Source: Proteromonas lacertae (lineage: Eukaryota). From it: a DNA stretch of 64,000 nt. The translations under genes were made by a program, and so were the position numbers. The stretch's first letter is position 1. Each line of letters begins with the position of its first letter. Positions 40,866-52,494 of the stretch are shown one piece after another. The notes beneath the pieces are model-generated. The model did not search any database and had not been told where the DNA came from. It saw only the letters and a list, made by a program, of their open reading frames with translations. The stretch spans positions 1 to 64,000 of the forward strand of contig NGBS01000600.1 of NCBI GenBank assembly GCA_002245135.1. Reading direction: 5' to 3'.

Positions 40866-42635
40866 TTAATGTGGTGGTGGTGGTTGATATTGATATTGTG
40901 GTTGATAAGGAGTATATTGACCAGGTGGTGGTAATGACTGTTGTTGTTGTGGTTGTTGTTGATAATATTGAGTTTGTTGTTGTTGAAGTGGTGGTGGTTG
41001 TTGTGGATAACATCCTCCTGGATATTGTTGTTGCATTGGTGGAGGTTGAATAAACTGTGGCTGTTGAGGTTGAATAAATTGAGGTTGTTGTTGAATAAAT
41101 TGAGGTTGTTGAGGTTGAACAAATTGTGGTTGAACAAATTGTGGTTGTTGTGGAGGTTGTTGTTGCATTGGATTAATAAAGCTACCATAAGTATTAGGCG
41201 GTTGTAAATTAGTTGGTTGATAACCACCAGTTGGTGGTGGTTGAGAATGCATCATTGGAGCTGCAGTTGTACCACCACTTCCTCCTGTTGGAGGAGATGA
41301 TGGTGGAGGTGTATTATCAACAAATACAAATGTACCAGCTACAATCCTTACTGTTGGTAAGACTAATGGAGTATCTGCTTTAATTGGTTGTTTATCTAAT
41401 TTCAATGGTTGATCAACCACTGGCCAGGATGTCAATTGACCTTCAGCTTGTTTTCTAGATTCATTCAATAAGACTTCCAATTGAGATAAATAATTAGGGA
41501 AAGCTTTACCAATCTCTGATGAGATATCACCTTTTAACTTTTGTTTTAATTCCTATTATTAATAAATAATAATTTATAAATATATATACATAAGCAGCAT
41601 TTGAGTATTTGTATAAATAATTGAATGAAGATTCACTACTTAACAAATCAAATAATACATCATTATTATCAGCAGCAAAATTAGCAATATCACCTTCATT
41701 TGCTGGATATTTCAACTCAATATCAAATGCCATATATAAATTCGCATGTAATTCCAATGTTTGATTAACACAATCAATAAATGCACAAATATTCTTATAA
41801 TTTTGAATTTACTAAATTTTTCTTTTGAATGACATAATTCATCAATTGCAGTGATATAAAACTTGGCTGAATTTCTTCGACTATCGTCTGCATTTTTTCT
41901 TCCCATCATTTCTCCAACTAATACGAATTGAAGGCCTCTAATCAATTGTACAAACTATATAAATAAAATTCAATTAAGATTATACAGCATCTAGAAAATC
42001 ATTTCCTATATCTTCACATTTTGATATTTCTTTTTGATCAACGTAATTATTGTAGGATTTACATAATGTAATACACTCTTTTGCGATTTTGTAGTATTTT
42101 ATTTTGTCTTGTATGTCTTGTATCATATACGGTATATAGACACATTTTTCTGTTCCTTCAAGACAATAACTGCATAGGAATATAGCATAATGAACTAACA
42201 TGTTACAAATTTCAAAATTTGGATTGTAAGACTTGTTTGTTGAGGTAGTAACAGCTGATACCCACTCAAATTTAATAGCTTCCTAGTTTTATATAGTCAA
42301 TATATGATACTTTGTCTTTGATAGCAAAATTTTCATTCATTTGCTTAACTCTTGTCACATATCTTCCAATAATATCAGCAGATTTGTCGTATTCAGATGC
42401 ACCTTTCATACAACCGAACTTCTTTGTAGTTTTGTCATAAGCAAAAAGATTTAACAAAAACCTACGATCTATATCTAGCTGTTGACATGTTTTCAACCAT
42501 CCATCCAGATCCTAAAATTATAATTGCATAACAATATACAGGAAGCTTTTGTTTCTTAATTAAGGGGTAAACATTTTTTTCATAGATGTTATCCTTATTA
42601 GAACTGCTCTTACCTTGTAATAAGTGTTGATACAT
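40866..42635 (-). CDS. BRO1-domain-like protein with Pro/Gln-rich tail
   Basis: Multi-exon helical region containing NPNFEICNMLVHYA (compare the BRO1 FE...VLFN.A pattern), followed by QPQF/PPP repeats. Confidence 0.4.
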
Positions 42636-42815
42636 GTGATTTTAGAACTGCACAGACTATTAAAAAAAAAATCAAATAAAAACCTTTGGTGAGGCTTATT
42701 TTAGACTTTTAATGATTTTACAGTAGATTGAATCTACTTTATCACATAAACATAATTAATACAAATTTAAATTAATACATAAATCTTGATCATTTTATCT
42801 AAAGTATGTGTTAAT

Positions 42816-43807
42816 TTACTTCTTACTCTTTCCTTTCTTATTCTTTTTAGAGTTTTCTAGTTCCTCTTGGGCTTTCAACTCCTCTTCCTGTTTTCTAAGT
42901 AATTCTTCCTGCTGTCTCTTCTCTTCTTCTAATTTCTGTTGTTTTTCTCTCTTAAGTGCTTTTCTAAGGTCATTTAAACTAGGTAATTTCATATCATCAT
43001 GTAAACCATAATATTTCTTAATAGTTTCCTGCAAACTACTAATATCTTCAAATACTGTATTTATCATAGAAACATCTGCATTATTTCTTCCATCAATTTC
43101 ATTGGCTAATAATTGTTTGAAATCTCTATCTGATACAAATAAGTAGTGATTAATTTCATTTTCTCTTTTATTCTCTTCGTTTATTATTTTATGCATGTTA
43201 TATTCAAAATCATCCAATCTCTTGATTCTTATCATATTCTCATAATTCAAGGATTCTTCCGTGTCATTTACATGTTTTTCATATCTTTCCATCATTTTTC
43301 TTTCTCTTATTCGTAATTTGCTCTTTTCTATTTCAAATTGTTCATATTCACGTTGAATCCATCTTACGATCTCTCCAGTCATTTCTTCGATTAATTGAGG
43401 AATTTGAACTTCTAATAGATAATGCATTTCCTTATTTAATTTTTCACCACTATAATTTTATTATAAATGTTTATTATATACTGATCCGCTATTTCATCTA
43501 AATCTTTAATTGTTTTTACTTTTATTTCTTCTATTTGAGAATATACATCTTCTTTCAATTGATTTAAACCACAATGAAATGTGTTCTACAATTTATTAAT
43601 GGTGACTATGACTATACTATTAATTCGTTATTATCATCGTCTCTATCTTTTCTTTCTTGCTCTAATTTAGCATAACATCTTTGACACCTTATATGCAAAT
43701 CATTCTATAATAAAATGCAATTAAAAATAATTCTATACCATTCTTCTCACTAAATCTCGATTCCTTTCAACAGCTTGTTGATATAAATATTCTTTTGTAT
43801 CTACCAT
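42816..43807 (-). CDS. Coiled-coil protein, weakly SF-assemblin/beta-giardin-like
   Basis: ATG at 43807 and three short introns. E..ER..DD-type motifs (EQERKDRDDD, NEIDGRNNADVSMI). Confidence 0.4.
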
Positions 43808-44023
43808 TTTCTTTTCGTGTTGAATATTAGGTTCTTTTCTAGGGGATTCATATCTTTGTTGAGATTGCGCTTTCCTCTATTTGAGTATTATATTACAAAA
43901 TATACAATAGTCATTTTATTACCAGCAGGTGTAATAACATCCCAAGTTGCGTTATCAGACTGCATTTTGACTTTTAAAAATTATAACGTTTTGAGTCGAG
44001 CTTTATATTTGAAAAAATTCAAA

Positions 44024-45886
44024 ATGAAATATAAAATACTGTTTTTCTTCTTTATTCTATCATATCAAATTATTATTGATGATGATGTGACATCTAGTGA
44101 CTCATGGGTATATTTGACCAGATTCTGTTTCGAAGATGAAGGTGAAAATGTTGGAATCAAGTATATTCGGTAGATATTATAATCATGTAGTTATTATTCG
44201 ACTATTAAAACTCCTGGCAATCATGGAATACACTTGTTTAAAACAGATGTAGATCTACCTCAGTTGTTTCAGACAGCCAGTTCTTGTAGATATTTACATG
44301 ACAAGGCTGAAGTATATTAATAAAGGAATATGTTTTATGTAGTTTTACTTTAGTCTTGAAGGAAATAAAGAAGATTTCTTTGCTGTTCATCCACCTGATA
44401 AGAGTGGATGTTATTATATAACACTTTCAAACTGTGATTTTATGTATTAAATATAAAGTTTAAATTAAATAGTTGTACCAGTTCAACATGTCAATCAAAT
44501 TTTGATATTAAATTTCAATTGGAAATATTAAACGGTCCAAAAGCTAAACAAGGAAATATCTCTGCAGATGAAAGTGCTTTATTCGTAATATCAATAATAT
44601 TTGTGTATATATATATATATACATATATCTATATTTTTAGATTATTACAAACAATGTTGATTTTATTAATGTCATTAATTCAAAAAGCTTTACAATCACT
44701 CAACAAATACCATCCAACAGTGAAATTATTAAAATATTCAATATTGACATCATTCTTAACTTATCTGTTTTTTATGATTTATTATTTCATTTACAATTTC
44801 CAAGGAATACAATGGAAGATGGGTATATTCTTATGTGATGAATTAGCGACAATATCTGAAATGATGATGGTTTTATTATTGATATTTCTAGCGAAAGGAT
44901 GGACAATTTGTAGAAGAAAGATATCAAGAAAAGGAAGAGTTAAAATAACATTATATTTTAATATTTACTTTTGGGTAAGTGTTATAACAGTTTATTGTAG
45001 AAGTATATTTTAATTATATAATTTTACTTTATTTGATAGATTATAGTGGATCAATAATACCAATAAGATATCTAAAAAATGATCCATCAGTGTATGTATT
45101 AATGGGAATAAAAATATTTTGTTTATTTTGGTTTTGTTATTCCATTTATACAACTATTCACACTATCCATCGAAAGATTCATTTTTATCAGAAATTCTTC
45201 GTTTTTTCAGTAGTATGGTTATTGTTAATAATATGTATAATATATATATATATAAATTTCAATATATTTATAGTAACAACTGGTCTATCCAATACATTTA
45301 AAGAAACTAGTCGTTTCACTACTTATTATACGTTAAACTTCATATCTATTTATTTATTACAGTTGGTATTATGTGTTTTATATATACCAAATCAACAGTA
45401 TTTATATTATTATTATTATTATTATATTACAATTAGATGGAATAATTCATTCCCATTTCATATGAAAGCTTCTGATTGGACAGATAAAAAGAATATAAAT
45501 AGAAACAAATTAACTGATGTTAATGATCCAGAGCAGTTATTTGATTGGTTAGTTTATCAGTCGAATAATATGGTTCAATTGATGAATGATTTGATGGATT
45601 TATATAATACCAGTTTTAAAGAGAATTATCCAGTTATTGTTGATGATAGTATTATTATTATTTATTTTATTTTATTATTATGTTTATAGTTAATGGTATA
45701 AAAAGGAATAAAAATAATGAAATTACAGAGGAAGATGAAACTGCTAATATGTATAGAGCAAATAATAGTAATAATGATAATATTAATGAAGAAAATGATG
45801 AAATTAATTTGTCAGGAAGAAGAATAGAAGAAGAAGAAGAAGAAGAAGATAATGATTCTCCTTTTACTAATAGTGGACCAAAATAA
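44024..45886 (+). CDS. TMEM145/GPR180 (intimal thickness-related receptor) family 7-TM protein
   Basis: Signal peptide, DSWVYLTRFCF, LIFLAKGWTICRRKIS and WNNSFPFH, with multiple hydrophobic segments and many short introns. Confidence 0.8.
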
Positions 45887-45905
45887 AAATAAAGAAATAG
45901 AATAT

Positions 45906-46658
45906 TTAATTAAGTGAATATTGGTTATTATTTAATTTGTATGTGTTACAGACAACACTTCAAATGAAGAATATCTATCTCCTATAACATAAGTATATAA
46001 TGGACATATCAATTTATTCACAATTAAAACTGGCTTATAATCATCAACACCAATCCAAAACTCTCTTTTATTCATATCAATAATAACATCATATACAACA
46101 CTTCTCTTCATGTCCTAAAGTTTGGATTTTTACAAACAATTTCACCTACACCTTGTATTTGTTCAAATCCACTATGTTTTACATAATCACTTACTAAAGT
46201 ATTTTTCTGTATAGGAAGTAGTACAACTATATCTAAGAAATGTTTTTATCAATCCTATCTCTATATCACCATATCGACATCTATCTCTAATAGCATGACA
46301 TGCGATTGCAGAAGAAATATAATTATATTTAATGCGATATATTCCTTCCTCTAATTTAATATTTAAGTATAGCATATTATTATCTAAACAAGAAACAATC
46401 TTTCCATTATTAATATTAGTGAATCCTACATAATTATATCTACTTTCTATTAATTTTTTTGTCAAATCTTCTATTTGCTGATTCTGCTTGGTAATAATAA
46501 GATTTTGTTGTTTATTTTCTCTTATAACTTAATTTAGTTGTTTTTCCATATTTTCAACCTTACTGAGCAAAGTTTTGATTAATACCTAATAATATATCAT
46601 AATCATAATATCATAGATCGTTACTATCTCGGCATGCTGGTAAGATTTTCATTGTCAT
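45906..46658 (-). pseudogene. Disrupted coiled-coil + SPRY-like beta-rich protein
   Basis: Coding-like pieces (KQNQQIEDLTKKL...; VVYDVIIDMNKREFWIGVD) need several frameshifts and contain an in-frame TAA near 46530. Confidence 0.4.
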
Positions 46659-46734
46659 TTTTTTATGTAAAATTGAAGCTTGAAGCTTGTTGTTTTTACA
46701 TAAAAATAACTATAAAATAAATATATTAAATTAT

Positions 46735-47446
46735 TTAATTCTGCTTATTCTTCAAGAAATTCCATATCTCTGTAAATTTACTCACATAAATTGAATCACT
46801 AAGTGAAGATTTCATCCCATATTCTTTAGCTAATTCCTTTAAGTTGTGCTGAACTGTATGTTGAGTAATCTGGACAAGTAGGATATGCTAAATCACTGTA
46901 ATGAAAATTTGTTCTCTTTACTTTTCTTTTATCATTTGTATTGGGTTTAGCTTTTGACTTATTATCATTCTTTTTCCTTTTTGTTGGATTTGTATTAATA
47001 GGAGGTGAATTAGGAGGTAAATCTGTAGAAGTTGATTTCTGTTCTTTATTATTTCTGTTCTTTGGTTTTGACTTTATAAAGTCTGAAATATTTAACAGTT
47101 CTTCATCTTCAGAATCACTCATAGACAATAATTTCTGACTGTCTCTTTTGATATTTAGTGATATAGGTTCTTCATCTGATGAATATTCAAGTGGTGTAGT
47201 GTTTTCATTTTGTTTTTCTTTGGATTCTAAAGGACCTAAAGGAGACGGTGTTTCTTCTATATAAAATGCTTTCAATTTTTCAGTCTTTTCTGGAGTTTTT
47301 AATTTTGTATTTAATTCTTTTGATCTGTAAGGTGAAGTGAGATCAATACACACAACGGATGAATCAGTATCATTATCTAAATCAGATAATAAATCAGGAT
47401 CACTATCAAAATCTGTATCACTCAATGTTATAACTGATACATCCAT
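46735..47446 (-). CDS. Acidic/disordered protein with C-terminal SAP-like (SLX4-type) motif
   Basis: Removing one A near 46840 gives PTCPDYSTYSSAQLKELAKEYGMK...KFTEIWNFL. N-terminal SIM-like VITLSD and VCIDLT. Confidence 0.45.
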
Positions 47447-47496
47447 TAAGAAAACAGAAAAAAGAGATTTAAAAATTCAAATCCAGTTTGTGCAAA

Positions 47497-48250
47497 ATGA
47501 AATTGAAATTATATTTTTGTTTTATTTGCTCATCATGCAGTATTCTTTTTTGGCCGTTATGGTTTGAATGGTATTTAACTAACAGAGAAGGAAAGAAGCT
47601 GAAGAAAAACACGAATAATACTGGTAAGTATCCTTGGTGTAGTTGGTGTAATGGTGTTTATCGATATGATTACGATCATTCAAGACAAAGTTCATGTGTT
47701 CAATTAATAAGAATATTAAATCAACTTGATATGACATATTTTCTTGCATTTGGCACAGGAATTGGCAGTTCGTAATGGCGGAATAGTACCAGAAGATAAT
47801 GACATTGATATCGTAATCCCAATATGGCTGAATGAACATATATTTCATTGTTCAATTTACAAACCTATTAATATGAGTCATTATGGATGGGAAAGTGTAA
47901 TAATGTCACAGAATTATACACTCTGTGGTCACAAACGTCAATATTATCATCGTATATTATTAAGAAGACTTAGGTACAAATTAAATTTACCATTAATCAC
48001 CAATATGTTAGAGAGCTTTACCTCCAATATTCATTTGAATATATTTCCTGAATTATTGATTGATTTTTGGCCTTTTTTGACTAATGAATATACGTTTAGA
48101 ACTGTTGAACCTTGTTGGTGTACTTATTGTGGTGAAAAGGCGTTAAGTACTGAATCTATGCCAAGTGATTTACAGAAGTTATATGGAAATTATGATGAGC
48201 CAGCTCATGTTAAACCTGACTGGGGTAGAGAAATAGAATCACCTGATTAA
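47497..48250 (+). CDS. LicD/fukutin-family nucleotidyltransferase
   Basis: YFLAFGT-(+1 shift near 47759)-ELAVRNGGIVPEDNDIDI and LQKLYGNY; hydrophobic N-terminus. Confidence 0.8.
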
Positions 48251-48426
48251 ATGTTATATAAAAATATAAGTATTAAGAAAAAAAAGTAATTTAACATAAT
48301 TTAATAGTTTTCCTTTACTCTTTTTGATTTATTTTGACCAATTCAAACACACACACATTTATATTTATATAATAACAACAAAATATTAATAAAATGAGAA
48401 AGAGAGAGAAAAAATTAAACAAAATA

Positions 48427-49904
48427 TTACTGATTTAATGGCAATTTCACAACAAACACTCCATTCTTAACTTCTGAATTTCTAAACCATCTTCCTAAAC
48501 GATGTTCTTGCGCAATAGCACCAAATACTACTCCATTTTTAGAAATTGACAAATCATTTATAAATCCATTTTGATTAATCTTATTTACACATTCTATCTG
48601 TTTAGAGAATAAATCAATTCTCCAAAACTTAATATATCCATCCCAAGACCCTGTTACACACAAATCTGAATTAATTAAACAATCTAACGATAATATATAA
48701 TTACTACTTGATTCAGTAGCTTGTGTGGTAAGAATTGGTTTTTTCTTCATAATATTCCATAAATCAATTTCACCACTTTCTGTACCTGATACAAAATATT
48801 CATTTGTTAAATGACTGATTCTTTCCATATTAACACCTTTCTTTAAACCACGAAATATTAATTGAGATTCATCAATAATCTAATAATAATAATAAAATAA
48901 AATAAAAGAGAATATAATTATACTTTAAACATTCTATTTGTATTATCTCTCCCACATGTCAATATTCTATCACTATTAATTATATCTAAATCACATATCA
49001 TCGATTCATGTCCATATAATGTCTCAATATAACATTTATCAATTACATTCCAACTCTTTATTGTTCCATCTTCACTTCCACTATATAACGTCTTGTTATC
49101 ATCAGTAAATTTCAATGAATTAATTGCTTGATGATGACCTTGAAATGAATCTATAAACTCATTACTTCTTACATCATATAATCGAATTATTTTATCCTTA
49201 CCACCGGCTGCGATCATTCTATTATCATTGCTTACACAAATTGATAGAATTTCATCACTTATTATATTTTTAGTTAGTTTAGATTTATTATACTTATTTC
49301 TTTTCATTCCTTTTATTTTGGAGATTTTACTTCCTGTTTCTATGTCCCAATGGATTATATTACAGTCTTTTGATCCTGAATAACCATGTCTATCATCATT
49401 CTTACATAATGACACACATGTCACTGGCTTCTATACAAAATTAATAATTAATTATCAATTTATATATATATATATATATACATCATGACCTCTGTAAAAT
49501 TGTAGTGTTAAATCTAAATCTTTTAGTTTATCACCATATTTATGATTTATTTTACCTGTGCTCTATTGAATATAGAAATGATTATGAAATACTTCCATTA
49601 CACTTTCTCTTAATTTTTCATTTATTTCTTCATCTTTGTCTAAATCACTATCACTGCCACTTTCAATTTCTTGTTCTACATTTTTGAGATATTCTTTTGC
49701 TAATCTGGCTCTTTTCTCTTCTGCTGTTTCTATTTCAACTTTTTCTTCTTTTTCACTCTCATTTCCTGATTCTTCTGGTGTTGAAACAGCATCACTATCT
49801 ATTTCTGAGTCATTATCATAATTCAATTCTGTTTTCTTATTTGGATTAACTCGTGATTTCTTTTTTGGTTGTACTAAACCTCTTAATTTTCTCTTTAAAG
49901 GCAT
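48427..49904 (-). CDS. RRP9: U3 snoRNP-associated WD40 protein (U3-55K)
   Basis: ETAEEKRARLAKEYL, WD40 repeats, YIETLYGH and AQEHRLGRW; three short introns. Confidence 0.93.
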
Positions 49905-50059
49905 AAAAGAGAAAAATAATGAAATGAGGCTTGAGTATTATTTGCCAATTTTTCATTTAATTTTGAAATAACCAAAAAAAGACCAAAAATTTACAAATCT
50001 GGGCTTGACACCAACGTATCTAGATTTTTAAATTTAGTCATTAGAAACATTTATAAATC

Positions 50060-52057
50060 ATGAGTTCAGTACCCAGAGGTCCTCCACCACGAGGCCCACC
50101 ACCTAGAGCAATACCAGGTCCACTAGCCAGAGGCGCACCAATGACTCCACCAAGAGGTCCACCAGGCCCACCACCACGTGGTATGGGTCCTTCACCATCA
50201 GGTCCTCCATCAGGTCCACCAATGGGACCTCCTTCTGGTCCTCCACCTAGATCTTTACCAAATGCTGGTCCAATAACTCCCAGAGGTCCACCACCATCAA
50301 GAGGTCCTCCAGGTCCACCTCCTCCATCAATTACACCAAGAGGACCACCTGGACCACCTCCACAAATGTCACCTAGAAGTCTACCAGGTCCTCCACCACG
50401 AATGCCTCCAGACATGAATAATCCTTCAGGTTCTCCTCCATCCAGTTCAATGGGAAATCCTCCAATTAGTAATTTAAATAATCCACCACCACCCAGAGCT
50501 GGTCCTCCACCCCGAATCGCTCCACCTCCTCCTCGTGCAGCACCACCACCATCTATCACACCAGGTGGTCCTCCAATGTCAATGAATCCACCTCCTCCTC
50601 GAATGAGTGTAACTCCACCACCGCCAAGAGCTGGTCCACCTCCACCACAACCATCTCCCTCTAATAATAGTAGTTTACCACCTGCTAGAGGTCCACCACC
50701 TTCTCGAGGTCCTCCACCATCTCGTGGACCACCTCCAATATCTGGTCCTCCTCCTTCAAGAGGACCACCACCTCCAATGTCATCATCAGCAGGTGGACCA
50801 CCACCATCTAGAGGTCCACCACCCATATCAGGACCACCACCATCTCGTGGACCACCACCAGGATTGAAAGGACCACCTATTGCTTCACCACCACCACCAA
50901 GAGGTCCAAGTTTAGTTGGTTTACAAGTAACACCTGATGGTAGAACAAATACTTCGTTAAGAGGAGGTGGTGGTGGAGTATTACCTCCACGTGGTTTACC
51001 TCCACGAGGTCCTCCACCTGGTGCTCCAACTCCATCAGTTAATATTCCTCCAAATGCTACGAATGGAATGCCTAGAGGTCCATTACCTTTACCTCGTGGA
51101 TTACCTCCTCGTGGTCCAATGAGTACAGGTCCAAATGGTTTAGGTGAACCATCTAAACCAGCTCCACCATTACCATTTGGTAGTAATAATAATGGAATGA
51201 TCGAAGGTGAAAGAGATCCAAATGGTAAATTCACAGTTCGAGAAATTCAAGAAGCTTTCCAAGCCTTTGATTTAGATAATAATAACTATATAGGAAATGC
51301 TGAAATTCGTCATGTATTAATCAATATAGGTGAACAAGCAAGTGATGATGAAATAGATGAAATGATTCGAATGGTAGATAAAGATGGTGATAACTTAGTG
51401 AGTTTTGAAGAATTCTATGCGATGGTAACAGGTGGTCAAAGTCCTCCGGCTGGTATAATGGGTGGTGCAACAGTTGGTATAAGTAATAAGACAGTAGGAG
51501 GCCAAGATGACAGTAGTAAGATGATAGAAATGAGACAAAATCGTCGATTGGCTTTACAAGAATTTAATGATGATAATAAATTCAAACCTGAATCAATCAA
51601 GAAGATTTATAAACGATATCAATCATTTGATAAGAATCCAAATGGTTTAGTGAATTACAATGAATTCTGTGATATATTCCAAGTAGAAGCAAGTCCAATA
51701 ATTGAGAAATTGTTTGGAATGTTTGATAAAGAAAAGAGTGGAGAGATTGATTTGAAAGAATTCTTAATCAGTTTGAATAACTTTAGTGGAGCAAGTAAAG
51801 ATGAAAGACTTCGTTTTGCTTTCTTAGTATTTGATGAAGAAGGTAATGGAGTAATAAGTAAAGTAGAATTAATGCGAATATTGAAAGCTAATCACATGGC
51901 AACTTCTGATGCTGAAGTGAAACGAAAAGCTGAAACAATAATGAGTCAAGCTGATAAAGATGGAGATGGTGTAATAACATTTGATGAATTTGTAGTAGTG
52001 AGTAAGAAATATCCAAATATTCTATTTCCAACCTATGCTTCAATCGAAAAGAGTTGA
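50060..52057 (+). CDS. Proline-rich (PPRGPPP) N-terminus fused to calmodulin-like and calcineurin-B-like EF-hands
   Basis: About 370 aa of Pro/Gly/Arg repeats. EF-hands DLDNNNYIGNAE, DKDGDNLVSFEE, DKEKSGEIDLKE, DEEGNGVISKVE and DKDGDGVITFDE. Intronless. Confidence 0.88.
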   Translation: MSSVPRGPPPRGPPPRAIPGPLARGAPMTPPRGPPGPPPRGMGPSPSGPPSGPPMGPPSGPPPRSLPNAGPITPRGPPPSRGPPGPPPPSITPRGPPGPPPQMSPRSLPGPPPRMPPDMNNPSGSPPSSSMGNPPISNLNNPPPPRAGPPPRIAPPPPRAAPPPSITPGGPPMSMNPPPPRMSVTPPPPRAGPPPPQPSPSNNSSLPPARGPPPSRGPPPSRGPPPISGPPPSRGPPPPMSSSAGGPPPSRGPPPISGPPPSRGPPPGLKGPPIASPPPPRGPSLVGLQVTPDGRTNTSLRGGGGGVLPPRGLPPRGPPPGAPTPSVNIPPNATNGMPRGPLPLPRGLPPRGPMSTGPNGLGEPSKPAPPLPFGSNNNGMIEGERDPNGKFTVREIQEAFQAFDLDNNNYIGNAEIRHVLINIGEQASDDEIDEMIRMVDKDGDNLVSFEEFYAMVTGGQSPPAGIMGGATVGISNKTVGGQDDSSKMIEMRQNRRLALQEFNDDNKFKPESIKKIYKRYQSFDKNPNGLVNYNEFCDIFQVEASPIIEKLFGMFDKEKSGEIDLKEFLISLNNFSGASKDERLRFAFLVFDEEGNGVISKVELMRILKANHMATSDAEVKRKAETIMSQADKDGDGVITFDEFVVVSKKYPNILFPTYASIEKS

Positions 52058-52494
52058 AACTGAAAATTTGTTTTATTTTTGATGTTTTTCACTATTTTAG
52101 AGAATATATATTTTTATTTATTTTATTAAAATTGAATATGTTATTTTTAATGAATTGTTTTGTTTTAGAACTGTATATTTTTAAATAATCGTTATAAATA
52201 TGAATGTTATTTCACATAACTAAGAAATTACTTTAATCACAATTAGTTTATATTTAACATAATTTTGTGATAGAAACGTGAATTAAAGGAGAAATATTGA
52301 AAGTTTTATTATATACATGTATTACTCAATTAATTGGGTAAAATATACAAAAACTGTAAATTTTATACCCATCGAATGGTTAATAAATGAGATTTTTGAT
52401 AAAATGAATTTTGAAACGCAAACATATGTCAAGCCTAATTGAGATTTAAATTCATTTTTAACTCATAGAAATAACAATTCGATTTAAGAGCGTA

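Noticed and set aside
50041..51234. 397-aa Gly-rich antisense ORF
   Set aside because: It is the mirror of the Pro-rich sense gene, whose codons lack antisense stops.
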